64,000 nucleotides of DNA, taken from NCBI GenBank assembly GCA_028871115.1, contig JAGWOD010000003.1, forward strand, positions 103 through 64,102, in the 5' to 3' direction. Positions within the stretch are counted from its first letter, which is position 1. Every line of letters starts with the position of its first letter. Both the position numbers and the translations under genes were made by a program. Source of the DNA: Patescibacteria group bacterium (GTDB lineage Bacteria > Patescibacteriota > Minisyncoccia > Phycocordibacterales > SBAW01). Below the pieces are notes generated by a model, which did not search any database, was not told where the DNA came from, and worked only from the letters and a program-made list of their open reading frames with translations. Shown here in pieces: positions 55,264 to 64,000 of this stretch.

Positions 55264-56493
55264 ATGAATCTCAGTTGGAAAAAAATTGCAGTTGGAGGAG
55301 GAATATTAATACTTATCCTTATTCTCATCCTCATCTTTCTTTTACGAGGAAGTGGCGGCCCAAGTACTTCCTCAAGCAATGGATCTTTTGGATCAAATCC
55401 AGGCACAACAGGCGTTTCGGTAGGTCAAAGCGGAGGAGGAGCTTCGTCACTGCCTTCCTCTTCCTCGGGAATATCACCTACGCAAAAAGTATTCGAAATT
55501 GCCGTGGGCCCTGTTGTAGGGGCAGAACTTACTGAAGCCGGGGAGCCTACAACAACCGTGGCGCGCTACATCACCTCGCAGGATGGTCATATCCTTCAGC
55601 TAGAACTTAATACCCCCGGCGCCGTACCGCAGATATTATCCAACACAACTATCCCAGGCATAGAAGAAGCATACTGGAGTGACGGAGGATCGGGAGTCAT
55701 CGTTCAGTATCTTGATCAGGGAACTATGAAAAGCGCTCACTTGCTTCTGCCGGGAGCCGCGAGCACCAGCCCCACGAGCATAAATTTCCTTCCAGACAAT
55801 ATATTGGCGCTTGCAGTATCTCCTAATGGATCTTCTGTCGTGTATCTATTGCGCAGTGCTACAGGAGCAAGCGGGTATCTCTCGCAAACAAACGGATCAA
55901 ACATCAAAGAACTTTTTTCCCTGCCGCTCTCCCAACTTATCCTCTCATGGCCTTCCCCAGGTACAATCCTTGCCTACAGCAAAGCGGCTGCAGGAGTAGC
56001 GGGCATTGCTTTCTCAATCAATGCAAAAACGGGAAGTGTAGCCCCAGTGCTCTATGGTCTTGGGCTCACGGTCTCTGGAAACCCTGATTTTTCCTATCTT
56101 CTTTACCGCACCGATACGGGCTCGGCAGCGACCCTCTACACAGAATCGACTATCTCCGGTGGAAGCTCTCTGTTCCCGACACTCTCAACGCTTGAGACCC
56201 CTTTCCCAGAAGAATGTGTTTGGGGTAGCTCTAACAATGTCTATTGCGCGGCACCTGCAGAGGCAACGCCCTATGACTATCTCGATCTCTGGCATCGAAG
56301 TGAAGCGAGCGTCCCCGATTCACTAGTTCTGCTTAACATCGCTTCAAGCACCGAAGCGCTTGTCGCAACACCTGGAACCTCCGATGGAGGAGAAACTGCC
56401 GATATGACCAAGTTTTCGCTCTCTCCGGACGGGCAATATCTCTCCTTCATCTCCAAGGATGACGAAGCGCTCTGGGGAGTGAGGCTTCAGTAA
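55264..56493 (+). CDS. Membrane-anchored beta-propeller (TolB-like) protein
   Basis: N-terminal TM, G/S linker, and repeats WSDGGS, VSPNGS and LSPDGQYL. Confidence 0.72.
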   Translation: MNLSWKKIAVGGGILILILILILIFLLRGSGGPSTSSSNGSFGSNPGTTGVSVGQSGGGASSLPSSSSGISPTQKVFEIAVGPVVGAELTEAGEPTTTVARYITSQDGHILQLELNTPGAVPQILSNTTIPGIEEAYWSDGGSGVIVQYLDQGTMKSAHLLLPGAASTSPTSINFLPDNILALAVSPNGSSVVYLLRSATGASGYLSQTNGSNIKELFSLPLSQLILSWPSPGTILAYSKAAAGVAGIAFSINAKTGSVAPVLYGLGLTVSGNPDFSYLLYRTDTGSAATLYTESTISGGSSLFPTLSTLETPFPEECVWGSSNNVYCAAPAEATPYDYLDLWHRSEASVPDSLVLLNIASSTEALVATPGTSDGGETADMTKFSLSPDGQYLSFISKDDEALWGVRLQ

Positions 56494-56494
56494 T

Positions 56495-56965
56495 TTAGAG
56501 GTGGGGTTGCGAAGAATTCTCTTTGAACTTGAGAACAATGTGGCGCATCTTGCCCTCACCCGCCGATTCTGTGCTGATTTCCGGATCTTCAGCGAAGAGT
56601 TCGTGAATCACAAGACGCTCATAGGAGCTCATCGGGCTTAATTCCACATCATGTTTAAAAAGACGGGCGCGCTGCGCAAGCAGTCGTGCGTTTTCTCGCA
56701 AAATCTGAAGCTTGACCTCGTGGTAACCGTTAACATCGATGAGAAAGTTGGCTGCTTCTTCGCTATACTTCATCTCCGCGAGGCGGCGCGCGATGGTATT
56801 AAGCGATTGGAGGTGCTCCCCGTGCGTACCAATGAGAAGCTTTGAATCGGGGGAGGTAACAGAAACGACGATGCGCGGCGGATTTGAGACAGAAATATTC
56901 TCTACCGTAACGCCAAGCGCCGAAAGAAGATCTAAGACCAGCTGTTTGAGCGCTGAGGAGTCCAT
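56495..56965 (-). CDS. jag: Jag/KhpB-family RNA-binding protein (KH + R3H)
   Basis: LIGTHGEHLQSL, MSSYERLVIH and SAGEG motifs, downstream of yidC. Confidence 0.88.
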   Translation of the reverse strand: MDSSALKQLVLDLLSALGVTVENISVSNPPRIVVSVTSPDSKLLIGTHGEHLQSLNTIARRLAEMKYSEEAANFLIDVNGYHEVKLQILRENARLLAQRARLFKHDVELSPMSSYERLVIHELFAEDPEISTESAGEGKMRHIVLKFKENSSQPHL

Positions 56966-57037
56966 ATATCGACATTAGCGCAACGAGACCCTTCCCTGCA
57001 AGAGGAGTGTGTTGCACGAATGAACCTTTGAGGAACT

Positions 57038-57748
57038 CTAGAGAGGTTTTCGGCGGATAAGGCCTTCTTGGGCGAGCGAAACCGCGCTTGTTGCAGCTAG
57101 ATAGAGCCCGACTGCCCCGGGAAATGTGTAGCCGACAAAGGCCATAACGGCAGGGAATAGGTAGAGCATCATTTGCCGCTGCATATTTTGAGCCGCCCGC
57201 TGGGCCTCGGAGAGATGGGTGCCGGGAGGTGGAGTTCGGGCAAGCGAGAGCTTAATAACTATAAATTGTAGTACGACGACGATGCAGGTGAGGACAATGT
57301 GGCCTGAGCTGACAAGATTGAGAATGCCGAGAAAATTTTCATTGACCGAAGCGGGTGGGGGCACAAACGAGTAGAGAAGATTGGTCTGTATGTGAGGAAG
57401 CCCAAGGCGAAAGAACGCGTAAGAAAGCGAAAAAAAGATTGCAAGTTGCACGATGGTCGCAAATACAAGAGAGAGCGGCTTAATGCGATGCTTGCGGAAA
57501 ACCTCAGTCGTACGGCGAGAGCGCTCCATCGTATCGTCTTTGTACCGCTCATTGATTTCTGCGATTTCCGGCTGTACGGCCTGGAGAGCCATCTGCGTCC
57601 TGATAGAAGAAGCGAAGACAGGATAGAAAACGGCACGGACCAACAGGGTAAGTACGATGATAGCAAGGCCGACATCACCGCCAGGCATGAGCCCGAGGAT
57701 AAAAATAAAAAGATTATAGAGGGGTTGTACGAATATCGAGAATAACAT
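57038..57748 (-). CDS. yidC: YidC/Oxa1 membrane insertase (short form)
   Basis: GLAIIVLTLLVR, QPEIAEINERYK and PGAVGLY motifs, in the conserved rpmH-rnpA-yidC order. Confidence 0.92.
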   Translation of the reverse strand: MLFSIFVQPLYNLFIFILGLMPGGDVGLAIIVLTLLVRAVFYPVFASSIRTQMALQAVQPEIAEINERYKDDTMERSRRTTEVFRKHRIKPLSLVFATIVQLAIFFSLSYAFFRLGLPHIQTNLLYSFVPPPASVNENFLGILNLVSSGHIVLTCIVVVLQFIVIKLSLARTPPPGTHLSEAQRAAQNMQRQMMLYLFPAVMAFVGYTFPGAVGLYLAATSAVSLAQEGLIRRKPL

Positions 57749-57754
57749 GATGTA

Positions 57755-58084
57755 TTAAGAACGAGGGAGGAGATGGAGAATGGTCTCTACATCCTGTGCG
57801 ATGAGCGTAGTGTCAGAAGGAAGGGTCCGCAGGAAAAAAACAATGTCGAAGCCTTTCGCGGAAGACGGGATATGAGTCGCAAACGCTCGGTAGAGTGCGC
57901 GGCGCATACGATTGCGAGCAACAGCGGTCTTTGCGACCGATTTTGGAACTACGGCCGCAGCACGTATTGTAGCACTCCCGTGATTGAGGATTTTTGCCGA
58001 AAGAAACCGAGCGCGTAGCGCCTTTCCCTGCCGTACTACCACTGCTACTTCGCCCGCGCGTAAGCGGGAGGAGCGTTTGAGCAT
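57755..58084 (-). CDS. rnpA: Ribonuclease P protein component
   Basis: KSVAKTAVARNRMRR (RNR motif) and synteny. Confidence 0.92.
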   Translation of the reverse strand: MLKRSSRLRAGEVAVVVRQGKALRARFLSAKILNHGSATIRAAAVVPKSVAKTAVARNRMRRALYRAFATHIPSSAKGFDIVFFLRTLPSDTTLIAQDVETILHLLPRS

Positions 58085-58089
58085 GAAAA

Positions 58090-58224
58090 TTATACCGAAA
58101 GACGGGCGCGCCCCTTGCGACGACGGCGAGCGAGCGTGCGGCGTCCGCCAGGGCGTTGCATGCGTCCAAGAAATCCGTGGGTTCGCGCGCGCTTGCGTTT
58201 TTTAGGCTGATACGTTCGTTTCAT
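58090..58224 (-). CDS. rpmH: 50S ribosomal protein L34
   Basis: Manual translation [44 protein letters not shown] (44 aa, below the ORF-track cutoff). Confidence 0.96.
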   Translation of the reverse strand: MKRTYQPKKRKRARTHGFLGRMQRPGGRRTLARRRRKGRARLSV

Positions 58225-58272
58225 GTGGGCTCTACTCTACTGTGAAACGAACCTCGTTGCAACCGCTCTGCA

Positions 58273-58292
58273 TTATCCCCATTATATCCACA
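58273..58292. promoter_or_regulatory. Tandem DnaA boxes upstream of dnaA
   Basis: TTATCCCCA (58273) and ATATCCACA (58284), each one mismatch from TTATCCACA. Confidence 0.6.
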
Positions 58293-58364
58293 GATTAATA
58301 CCATTCGAAACAAAAACAGGGGAGTTCCCATAAGAAGCGCTTACGCCTATAATCTCCCTTACAT

Positions 58365-59699
58365 ATGACGACCACACGGGAGCTCTGGGAAAACGCCCTC
58401 ACCGACATCGAGCTCTCACTCCCGAAGGCGGCATTCAGTACCTGGTTTCGGGATACCCATATCGTGCGGGTGGAGGACGGGGTGGTATACGTAGGCGTCC
58501 CCTCGCAATTTGTGCGCGATTGGTTCGCCTCGAAGTACCACAAGCTCATTTTGGGCTCCCTGCGTCAGCTCTCGGAGGGCGTACGTTCAGTTGAATATAT
58601 TATTTCCAAGCACCCCAAGAAAAACGCTGAGGAGGTTCGGGCCCCTATAGCTGCAGGAGAACTACCGCTTGAGACCGTGCATGTGCAGACTAATCTCAAC
58701 CCGCGCTATCTCTTCGAGAGCTTTATTGTGGGACCGTTCAATGAACTCGCGCATGCGGCCGCGCAAGCGGTCGTGAAGAAGCCCGGCATAGCGTACAATC
58801 CGCTCTTCATCTACGGGGAGACAGGGCTCGGCAAAACACACCTCATCCAAGCAATCGGAAATCATTTCCGAGCCAAAGCTCCGGAGCGGAAAGTATTCTA
58901 CACAACTTCGGAAAAATTTTATCTTGAATATGTCTCTGCGATGCAGGGTGGGCGCATCCCAGCCTTTAAAGAAAAGTTCCGAGAATACGATCTTTTGGTT
59001 ATGGATGATATTCAGTTTCTCTCCGGGAAAAGCGGTACCCAGGAAGAATTATTTCATCTCTTCAACGCCCTGTTTGATAAAAATAAGCAGCTTATTTTCT
59101 CCTCCGACCAGCACCCCAACCTTACTCAAAAGCTTATGGAGCGCTTAAAATCGCGCTTTAACCAAGGAATGATCGTCTCCATTATGCCGCCAGATCATGA
59201 GAGTCGGGTTGCTATTGTGCGCAGTAAGGTTTCAGCCCGCGGGGTAGTGTTGGCTGATGAGGTGCTCGATTACATCGCAACCGCAGTCGAGGGCAACGTG
59301 CGGGAGCTCGAAGGCGCAATTAACTCGCTTCTTCTCTCAAGCGAGATGCGCTCTGAGAGTCTCACACTCGTAGATGCAAAAGCGCTCCTGCGTACGGCGG
59401 GAGCGCCTAAGAAGGCAGTGTCTGTTGAGGAAGTAGTAAAACTTGTTTCAGATTTCTATGGCGTAGAAACTCATAGTATTTACGAGAAGACACGGCGTAA
59501 GGAAGTGGTCCGTCCACGGCAGGTCATCATGTACGTGCTCCGCGAAGACTTCCATATTTCTTTTCCAACAATCGGAGAAAAGCTTGGCGGACGCGATCAT
59601 ACGACCGTCATTCATTCCTGCGACAAGATTAAGGGAAATATGAAAGTTGACAGTGTACTTTCCCAAGAACTTCAACAGATTCGAATGATGTTGAAATAG
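58365..59699 (+). CDS. dnaA: Chromosomal replication initiator DnaA
   Basis: YNPLFIYGETGLGKTHL, DDIQF, GNVRELEGA and GGRDHTTVIH motifs. Confidence 0.99.
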   Translation: MTTTRELWENALTDIELSLPKAAFSTWFRDTHIVRVEDGVVYVGVPSQFVRDWFASKYHKLILGSLRQLSEGVRSVEYIISKHPKKNAEEVRAPIAAGELPLETVHVQTNLNPRYLFESFIVGPFNELAHAAAQAVVKKPGIAYNPLFIYGETGLGKTHLIQAIGNHFRAKAPERKVFYTTSEKFYLEYVSAMQGGRIPAFKEKFREYDLLVMDDIQFLSGKSGTQEELFHLFNALFDKNKQLIFSSDQHPNLTQKLMERLKSRFNQGMIVSIMPPDHESRVAIVRSKVSARGVVLADEVLDYIATAVEGNVRELEGAINSLLLSSEMRSESLTLVDAKALLRTAGAPKKAVSVEEVVKLVSDFYGVETHSIYEKTRRKEVVRPRQVIMYVLREDFHISFPTIGEKLGGRDHTTVIHSCDKIKGNMKVDSVLSQELQQIRMMLK

Positions 59700-59918
59700 T
59701 GTGGAGAAGCCTGTGGAAAAGTTGTGTATTTATAGAGGAGAGCCTGTGGAGAAAGTGGGGAATATAAGAACAACTTTAAAAAAACTTGCTGGAACAATCG
59801 CCACCGAAGGATAACTACAAAAAACCTGTACACAAAATAACCAATATGAAGAAGGAGTATTCAATGATTTCCCCAATCCACAGCGCCTTCTTGTTATTAT
59901 GTTCTTATTAAATAATTC
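59700..59918. other. Putative replication origin oriC
   Basis: Degenerate DnaA boxes TGTGGAGAA (59700, 59745), TGTGGAAAA (59712) and CAATCCACA (59874). The last is followed by GCGCC and a TTN-periodic AT-rich tract, in the dnaA-dnaN gap. Confidence 0.72.
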
Positions 59919-61016
59919 ATGAAATTCGAAAGTACAGCCGAACAACTTCACTCAGCCGCATCACTTGCATCGCGTTTTACGAATAAACAAGCAAATCTCC
60001 CTGTTCTTAGTTCGATTCTTATTGCAGCCGAGGGGGGTAGTGCGACCCTGCGTGCCACCAACCTTGAGTGTGGTGTTGAAGTATCGCTTTCGGCAAAAGT
60101 TTCAAATCAAGGGAGCGTGTGTGTCCCTACCGCGCCACTTCTCGGATTTCTTTCCAATACACACAGTAAAAATGTTACCCTCGAACTTCAAGGGCAGATT
60201 CTCAAACTCAAGACGGACCGGGCAACCGCTTCCATAAAGACAGTGCCCCATGAAGATTTTCCTACCCTTCCCAAGGTATCCGCAGAACATTCCTTCGCAC
60301 TCAAAGCGCAGGACATAGCGCGGGGGCTGCGCAGCACGCTTCATTGCGCAGCCACTTCAAGTGTGAAGCCCGAACTTCAGAGTGTTTGTATATTTGGGGA
60401 GGCAGGCAAGCTTTACTTTGCGGCGACTGATTCGTTTCGCCTCAGTGAGCGCTGTGTGCCGCTTACTAGTAAGGGAAGTATCCGCCAAATACTTCTCCCC
60501 GCCCGCAACGCGGCGGAACTTCTGCGTATTATCGAGGGCCAGAGTGGCGATCTCGAATTTTACTACAGCGACAATCAGCTCTCGGTGCACGCTGACCGCG
60601 TCTACTACACTTCGCGTCTGGTCGACGGCTCTTTCCCCAACTACCGGCAAATCATTCCAAAGGAATTTGCGACCGAGGCGGTTGTTCTGCGAGAAGATCT
60701 CAGCCAAGCGCTCAAAAGTCTAGCCGTGTTTAGTGATAAATTTCTCCAGGTTTCGCTCACTGTTGATCCAAAACGAAAAATAGTGGAACTTTCTTCGCGC
60801 AATCAGGATGTGGGGGAGGAAGATGTAACTCTTCGCGCCGCCGTCTCGGGAGAAGAGTCAAAAATGAATTTCAATAGTAGATACCTTGGCGACGGACTCG
60901 CTCCCATCTCAGGCGAGAGCGTAAGATTGCGTCTCAACGGTGCGGGTAAAGCGATGGTCGTCAAAGATGCTGCGGACGACTCTTTTGTCTATCTTGCGAT
61001 GCCCATGAACCGCTAG
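59919..61016 (+). CDS. dnaN: DNA polymerase III beta clamp
   Basis: ATNLE, ATDSFRL, GSFPNYRQIIP and terminal LAMPM motifs. Confidence 0.97.
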   Translation: MKFESTAEQLHSAASLASRFTNKQANLPVLSSILIAAEGGSATLRATNLECGVEVSLSAKVSNQGSVCVPTAPLLGFLSNTHSKNVTLELQGQILKLKTDRATASIKTVPHEDFPTLPKVSAEHSFALKAQDIARGLRSTLHCAATSSVKPELQSVCIFGEAGKLYFAATDSFRLSERCVPLTSKGSIRQILLPARNAAELLRIIEGQSGDLEFYYSDNQLSVHADRVYYTSRLVDGSFPNYRQIIPKEFATEAVVLREDLSQALKSLAVFSDKFLQVSLTVDPKRKIVELSSRNQDVGEEDVTLRAAVSGEESKMNFNSRYLGDGLAPISGESVRLRLNGAGKAMVVKDAADDSFVYLAMPMNR

Positions 61017-63226
61017 GGGGTGCTCGTTGCTTGCCCAGGAAGCGTACTTGGTGAGGCAGGAGCGAGTGTCACGGGCACTGTCGAGCCTGGTGTGCATCCA
61101 TTACCCGCTGCAATCCAACGTTGCAGGGCCGCTTCCCAGTAGGGATATTGCGGATCAGTCGAACCGGGCCCGGGAGAAGGCCCGTTAGGGTCGTCTTTAT
61201 TGAGCCAGTAGAGGATGTTGTGAACGTTGCAAATAACCCCTGTTCCATTGTCGGTGAGCTCATCGCCCTGCCAGACGCCTTGGAGCACCGGTTTGAGACC
61301 TCCTTCGGTATTAATATCGCTTCTCGTGAAGGTCTGATTAGATCGCGTGGGAAGTGCATACTGCATGAACTGGTTCCACATGGGTCCCACGATGAAGCCT
61401 GAGACGTTGTGTGTCATCGGAGTGTTGTCGTTATTCCCTGCCCAAATACCCACAACGAGATTAGGGGTATAGCCGATAGTCCAGGCATCACGGTAGTTAT
61501 TGGTGGTGCCAGTTTTTGCAGCTACTTCGTAGCCCGGGAAGTACAGATACTCATTCTCGCCAAGTGGCGCTCTCGCAACAGGATCAGAGAGCACGTCGTT
61601 GATTTCTTCGGCGATATTTTGAGGCATGACGTCCGTTCCAACCGGCTGTGTATCATCTTCAATGACATTGCCTTGCCCATCGAGAATTTTGAGCACTGCG
61701 GTCGTCGGGTAGTGAATGCCGTCGGTCGCAAAGGCGCCGTAAGCGCTCGTCATTTGAAGGAGTGTCACTTCGCCTCCTCCGAGCACCAAGGTGAGTCCGT
61801 ACTGGTTGGGATCCCCGAGTGTCGTGATACCCATGCTTTTTGCAAGTGAAAGTGTATTACTGATACCGGCGAGATAGAGCACTTCTACGGAAGGAACGTT
61901 AATCGACTGGGCAATGGCGTCCCGCATGGTCATAGGTCCACGAAACTTGTTGTCGTAATTGACCGGTGAATAGCAGCCGTTTGTGTTCGTGAGATTATCA
62001 ACCGCGCAGGTGGTAGAGAATTGTGTCGGGATGTCGAAAAGCACGGTGTCGGGCGTGTATCCTTTTTCAAATGCTTCGGCATACGCAAAGGGCTTGAAGG
62101 CTGAGCCCGGCTGGCGAGGTGCAAGAGTCACATTGAAATTTCCATCGATTGACGTGTCGAAGTAGTTGCGCGAGCCCACCATAGCAAGAATCTGTCCGTT
62201 GGTGGGGTCGATGGCGATAAGCCCGGCATTTGAAGCATTGAACTTAGTCTGATTGACAAGTGCCCCTTGCTGCACGATTTCCTGCGCGTGCTCTTGGAGA
62301 TCCGCATCAAGCGTTGTAATAACGCTCCACCCACCTTCCTGAAGTGCATCAGTACCGTATTTTTGCTCGAGGTACTGCTCAACGTAGAAGACAAAATGTG
62401 GCGCTTGAATGCCATTGGGCTGCTCGGGCAAGAAGGTGACGGTCTGTGCTTCTGCCGCGTCGCGCTGCGCTGATGTGATGTAGCCATGTTCGTACATTTT
62501 TTCGAGCACCAGGTTCTTACGGGTATCGAGCTCGGCCTTGTTACTGCCGTAGGGAGAATAGTAGGTGGGGGCAGGAAGCATTGCAGCGAGGTAGGCCGCC
62601 TCAGGAAGCGTCAGCTGCGAAGCGTGCACTCCGAAAAATGTTTCGCTCGCCGCCTCGACTCCGTAAATTTCACCCCCGTAGGGCGCTTGGTTGAGATAAA
62701 GCTCAAGGATCTGATCCTTGGAGAGGACGCGCGTGAGTTTGAGGGCAATGATGATTTCCTCAATCTTTCGGCCGAGCGTTTTCTCATCGGTGAGAATAGT
62801 TTGCTTCACAACCTGTTGCGTAAGGGTGGAGCCTCCCTCTACCGCACCGAAGTGCGTAATATCGGCGAGTGCTGCCCGCGCAATCGACGCCCAGTCGACG
62901 CCGGGATTCTCATAGAAGGTCGGATCCTCGATTGCAATCGTTGCTTCCTGAACATTGGGACTCATCTGTGAAAGGGGCACAATCGTTCGGTCAACATTTT
63001 GATTCAGATCATACAGAAGCACAGTGTCCGTGCGGTCGTAAATCTTGAGCGATTGGGTGATTTTACGGTTTTCAATCGAGGAGAGGTCGGGGATTTTGAG
63101 CGTTGAGACCCAGACCATGAAGATACCTCCGAGAAGAAGTATGGCTCCGAGTGTCCAAAGGATTATTGCTTTCCGGTGTATATATAGCGAGCGCCGTATG
63201 CGGCGAAGCGAGGAGCGCGGTGACAT
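61013..63226 (-). CDS. Class A penicillin-binding protein (transglycosylase + transpeptidase)
   Basis: AIED, GGSTLTQQ and RKIEE transglycosylase motifs. SAFK, SIN and KTGT transpeptidase motifs. Confidence 0.95.
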   Translation of the reverse strand: MSPRSSLRRIRRSLYIHRKAIILWTLGAILLLGGIFMVWVSTLKIPDLSSIENRKITQSLKIYDRTDTVLLYDLNQNVDRTIVPLSQMSPNVQEATIAIEDPTFYENPGVDWASIARAALADITHFGAVEGGSTLTQQVVKQTILTDEKTLGRKIEEIIIALKLTRVLSKDQILELYLNQAPYGGEIYGVEAASETFFGVHASQLTLPEAAYLAAMLPAPTYYSPYGSNKAELDTRKNLVLEKMYEHGYITSAQRDAAEAQTVTFLPEQPNGIQAPHFVFYVEQYLEQKYGTDALQEGGWSVITTLDADLQEHAQEIVQQGALVNQTKFNASNAGLIAIDPTNGQILAMVGSRNYFDTSIDGNFNVTLAPRQPGSAFKPFAYAEAFEKGYTPDTVLFDIPTQFSTTCAVDNLTNTNGCYSPVNYDNKFRGPMTMRDAIAQSINVPSVEVLYLAGISNTLSLAKSMGITTLGDPNQYGLTLVLGGGEVTLLQMTSAYGAFATDGIHYPTTAVLKILDGQGNVIEDDTQPVGTDVMPQNIAEEINDVLSDPVARAPLGENEYLYFPGYEVAAKTGTTNNYRDAWTIGYTPNLVVGIWAGNNDNTPMTHNVSGFIVGPMWNQFMQYALPTRSNQTFTRSDINTEGGLKPVLQGVWQGDELTDNGTGVICNVHNILYWLNKDDPNGPSPGPGSTDPQYPYWEAALQRWIAAGNGCTPGSTVPVTLAPASPSTLPGQATSTP

Positions 63227-63284
63227 TGTGTGTCATTGTAGCACCGGGCCCCGCAGGGCTCCAGGCGTGGTAGAGTGTTCTCGT

Positions 63285-64000
63285 ATGGCGTTTTTTACGC
63301 GTCACGCCCGCGTATCGGTAGACGAAAAGAAAATAGACGAGCTCCTCTTTCGGGGGGTAGCGGAAGCAATCGTTAAGGAGCAGTTGCGCAAAGAACTTCT
63401 CTCCGGAAGACGCTTGCGGGTGAAACTTGGCATTGATCCTACCTCGCCCAATCTCCATCTCGGCCGCGCCGTCTCCCTCCTTAAACTGCGGGACTTCCAA
63501 GAACTTGGTCACCAGGTCGTTTTTATTCTTGGGGACTTTACTGCGGTTATTGGTGATACCTCCGACAAGGACGCAGAACGCCCCATGCTCTCCCGGGAGG
63601 AGATTGAGCACAACGAACACACCTACAAAGCGCAAGTTGGGAAGCTCATCGATCTATCTCGGGCGGAATTTCGTCACAACAGCGAATGGCTCGAGTCTCT
63701 ACGTTACAGAGACATTGGAGAGCAGGCAGATCTCTTTTCAGTTGCCGACTTCACTGCCCGTGAAAATATCAAGCGCCGTCTTGAGGCGGGCAAGCGAGTC
63801 TCACTGCGCGAAGTACTCTATCCGCTCATGCAGGGGTACGACAGTGTCGCGACAAGGGCAGACGTGGAGCTTGGTGGGACCGATCAGAAGTTCAATCTGC
63901 TTGCCGGGAGAGTCATTCAAGAGCGTCACGCCCAAAAGCCCCAGAATATTCTCATGAACCCTCTTATCGAGGGGCTCGATGGCAGAAAGATGAGTTCAAG
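63285..64000 (+). CDS. tyrS: Tyrosine-tRNA ligase, N-terminal part (runs off the window)
   Basis: Manual translation KLGIDPTSPNLHLGR...YPLMQGYD...ELGGTDQKFNL...KMSS. Confidence 0.95.
   Translation, partial: MAFFTRHARVSVDEKKIDELLFRGVAEAIVKEQLRKELLSGRRLRVKLGIDPTSPNLHLGRAVSLLKLRDFQELGHQVVFILGDFTAVIGDTSDKDAERPMLSREEIEHNEHTYKAQVGKLIDLSRAEFRHNSEWLESLRYRDIGEQADLFSVADFTARENIKRRLEAGKRVSLREVLYPLMQGYDSVATRADVELGGTDQKFNLLAGRVIQERHAQKPQNILMNPLIEGLDGRKMSS

Noticed and set aside
1-64000. CRISPR array, rRNA genes, transposases or prophage
   Set aside because: No regularly spaced repeats, rRNA-like stretch, or IS or phage structural genes were seen.
1-64000. Alternative genetic code 25 (TGA=Gly)
   Set aside because: Conserved genes are full length in code 11, and TGA ends genes at the expected positions (ppa, rnhA, rsmA, virB4).

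Overview
A 64-kb, gene-dense, origin-proximal chromosomal segment in genetic code 11. It most resembles a Patescibacteria/CPR (Parcubacteria-like) genome; this is inferred from gene content, shortened trigger factor and YidC, CPR-style pilin and VirB4 loci, and almost no biosynthetic genes. From left to right: the str operon (rpsL-rpsG-fusA...tuf), interrupted by a 4-gene insert (Lnt, a small membrane protein, a Cys-rich secreted protein, a lipoprotein); housekeeping genes (rpmB, SOD, rnhA, recJ, HIT, pgk, tpiA); a type IV pilus cluster; nusA-ppa-tig-clpP-rny; HU; four CCA-less tRNAs and a CCA enzyme; xth, a Xer recombinase and rpsO-NYN-pnp; DksA-like, LysM/M23, uvrD and rsmA; an ~12.5-kb relaxase-free VirB4/PrgI/VirB6/pilin (T4SS-like) locus; jag-yidC-rnpA-rpmH, dnaA-oriC-dnaN, a class A PBP and partial tyrS. 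Signals not explained by standard annotation: (1) an unannotated 26-aa peptide gene with a duplicated C-K-P-x-x-G-D motif, a strong SD and a terminator, between tig and clpP; (2) an orphan ~270-nt transcription unit folding into a 6S-like rod; (3) a switch-like ~200-nt leader on the LysM/M23 gene; (4) a cluster of TAWARGACA repeats, parS-like palindromes and DnaA boxes around the tRNA/CCA locus; (5) pervasive -10-proximal start codons suggesting leaderless mRNAs. All structures and motifs were read by eye and none was computed.
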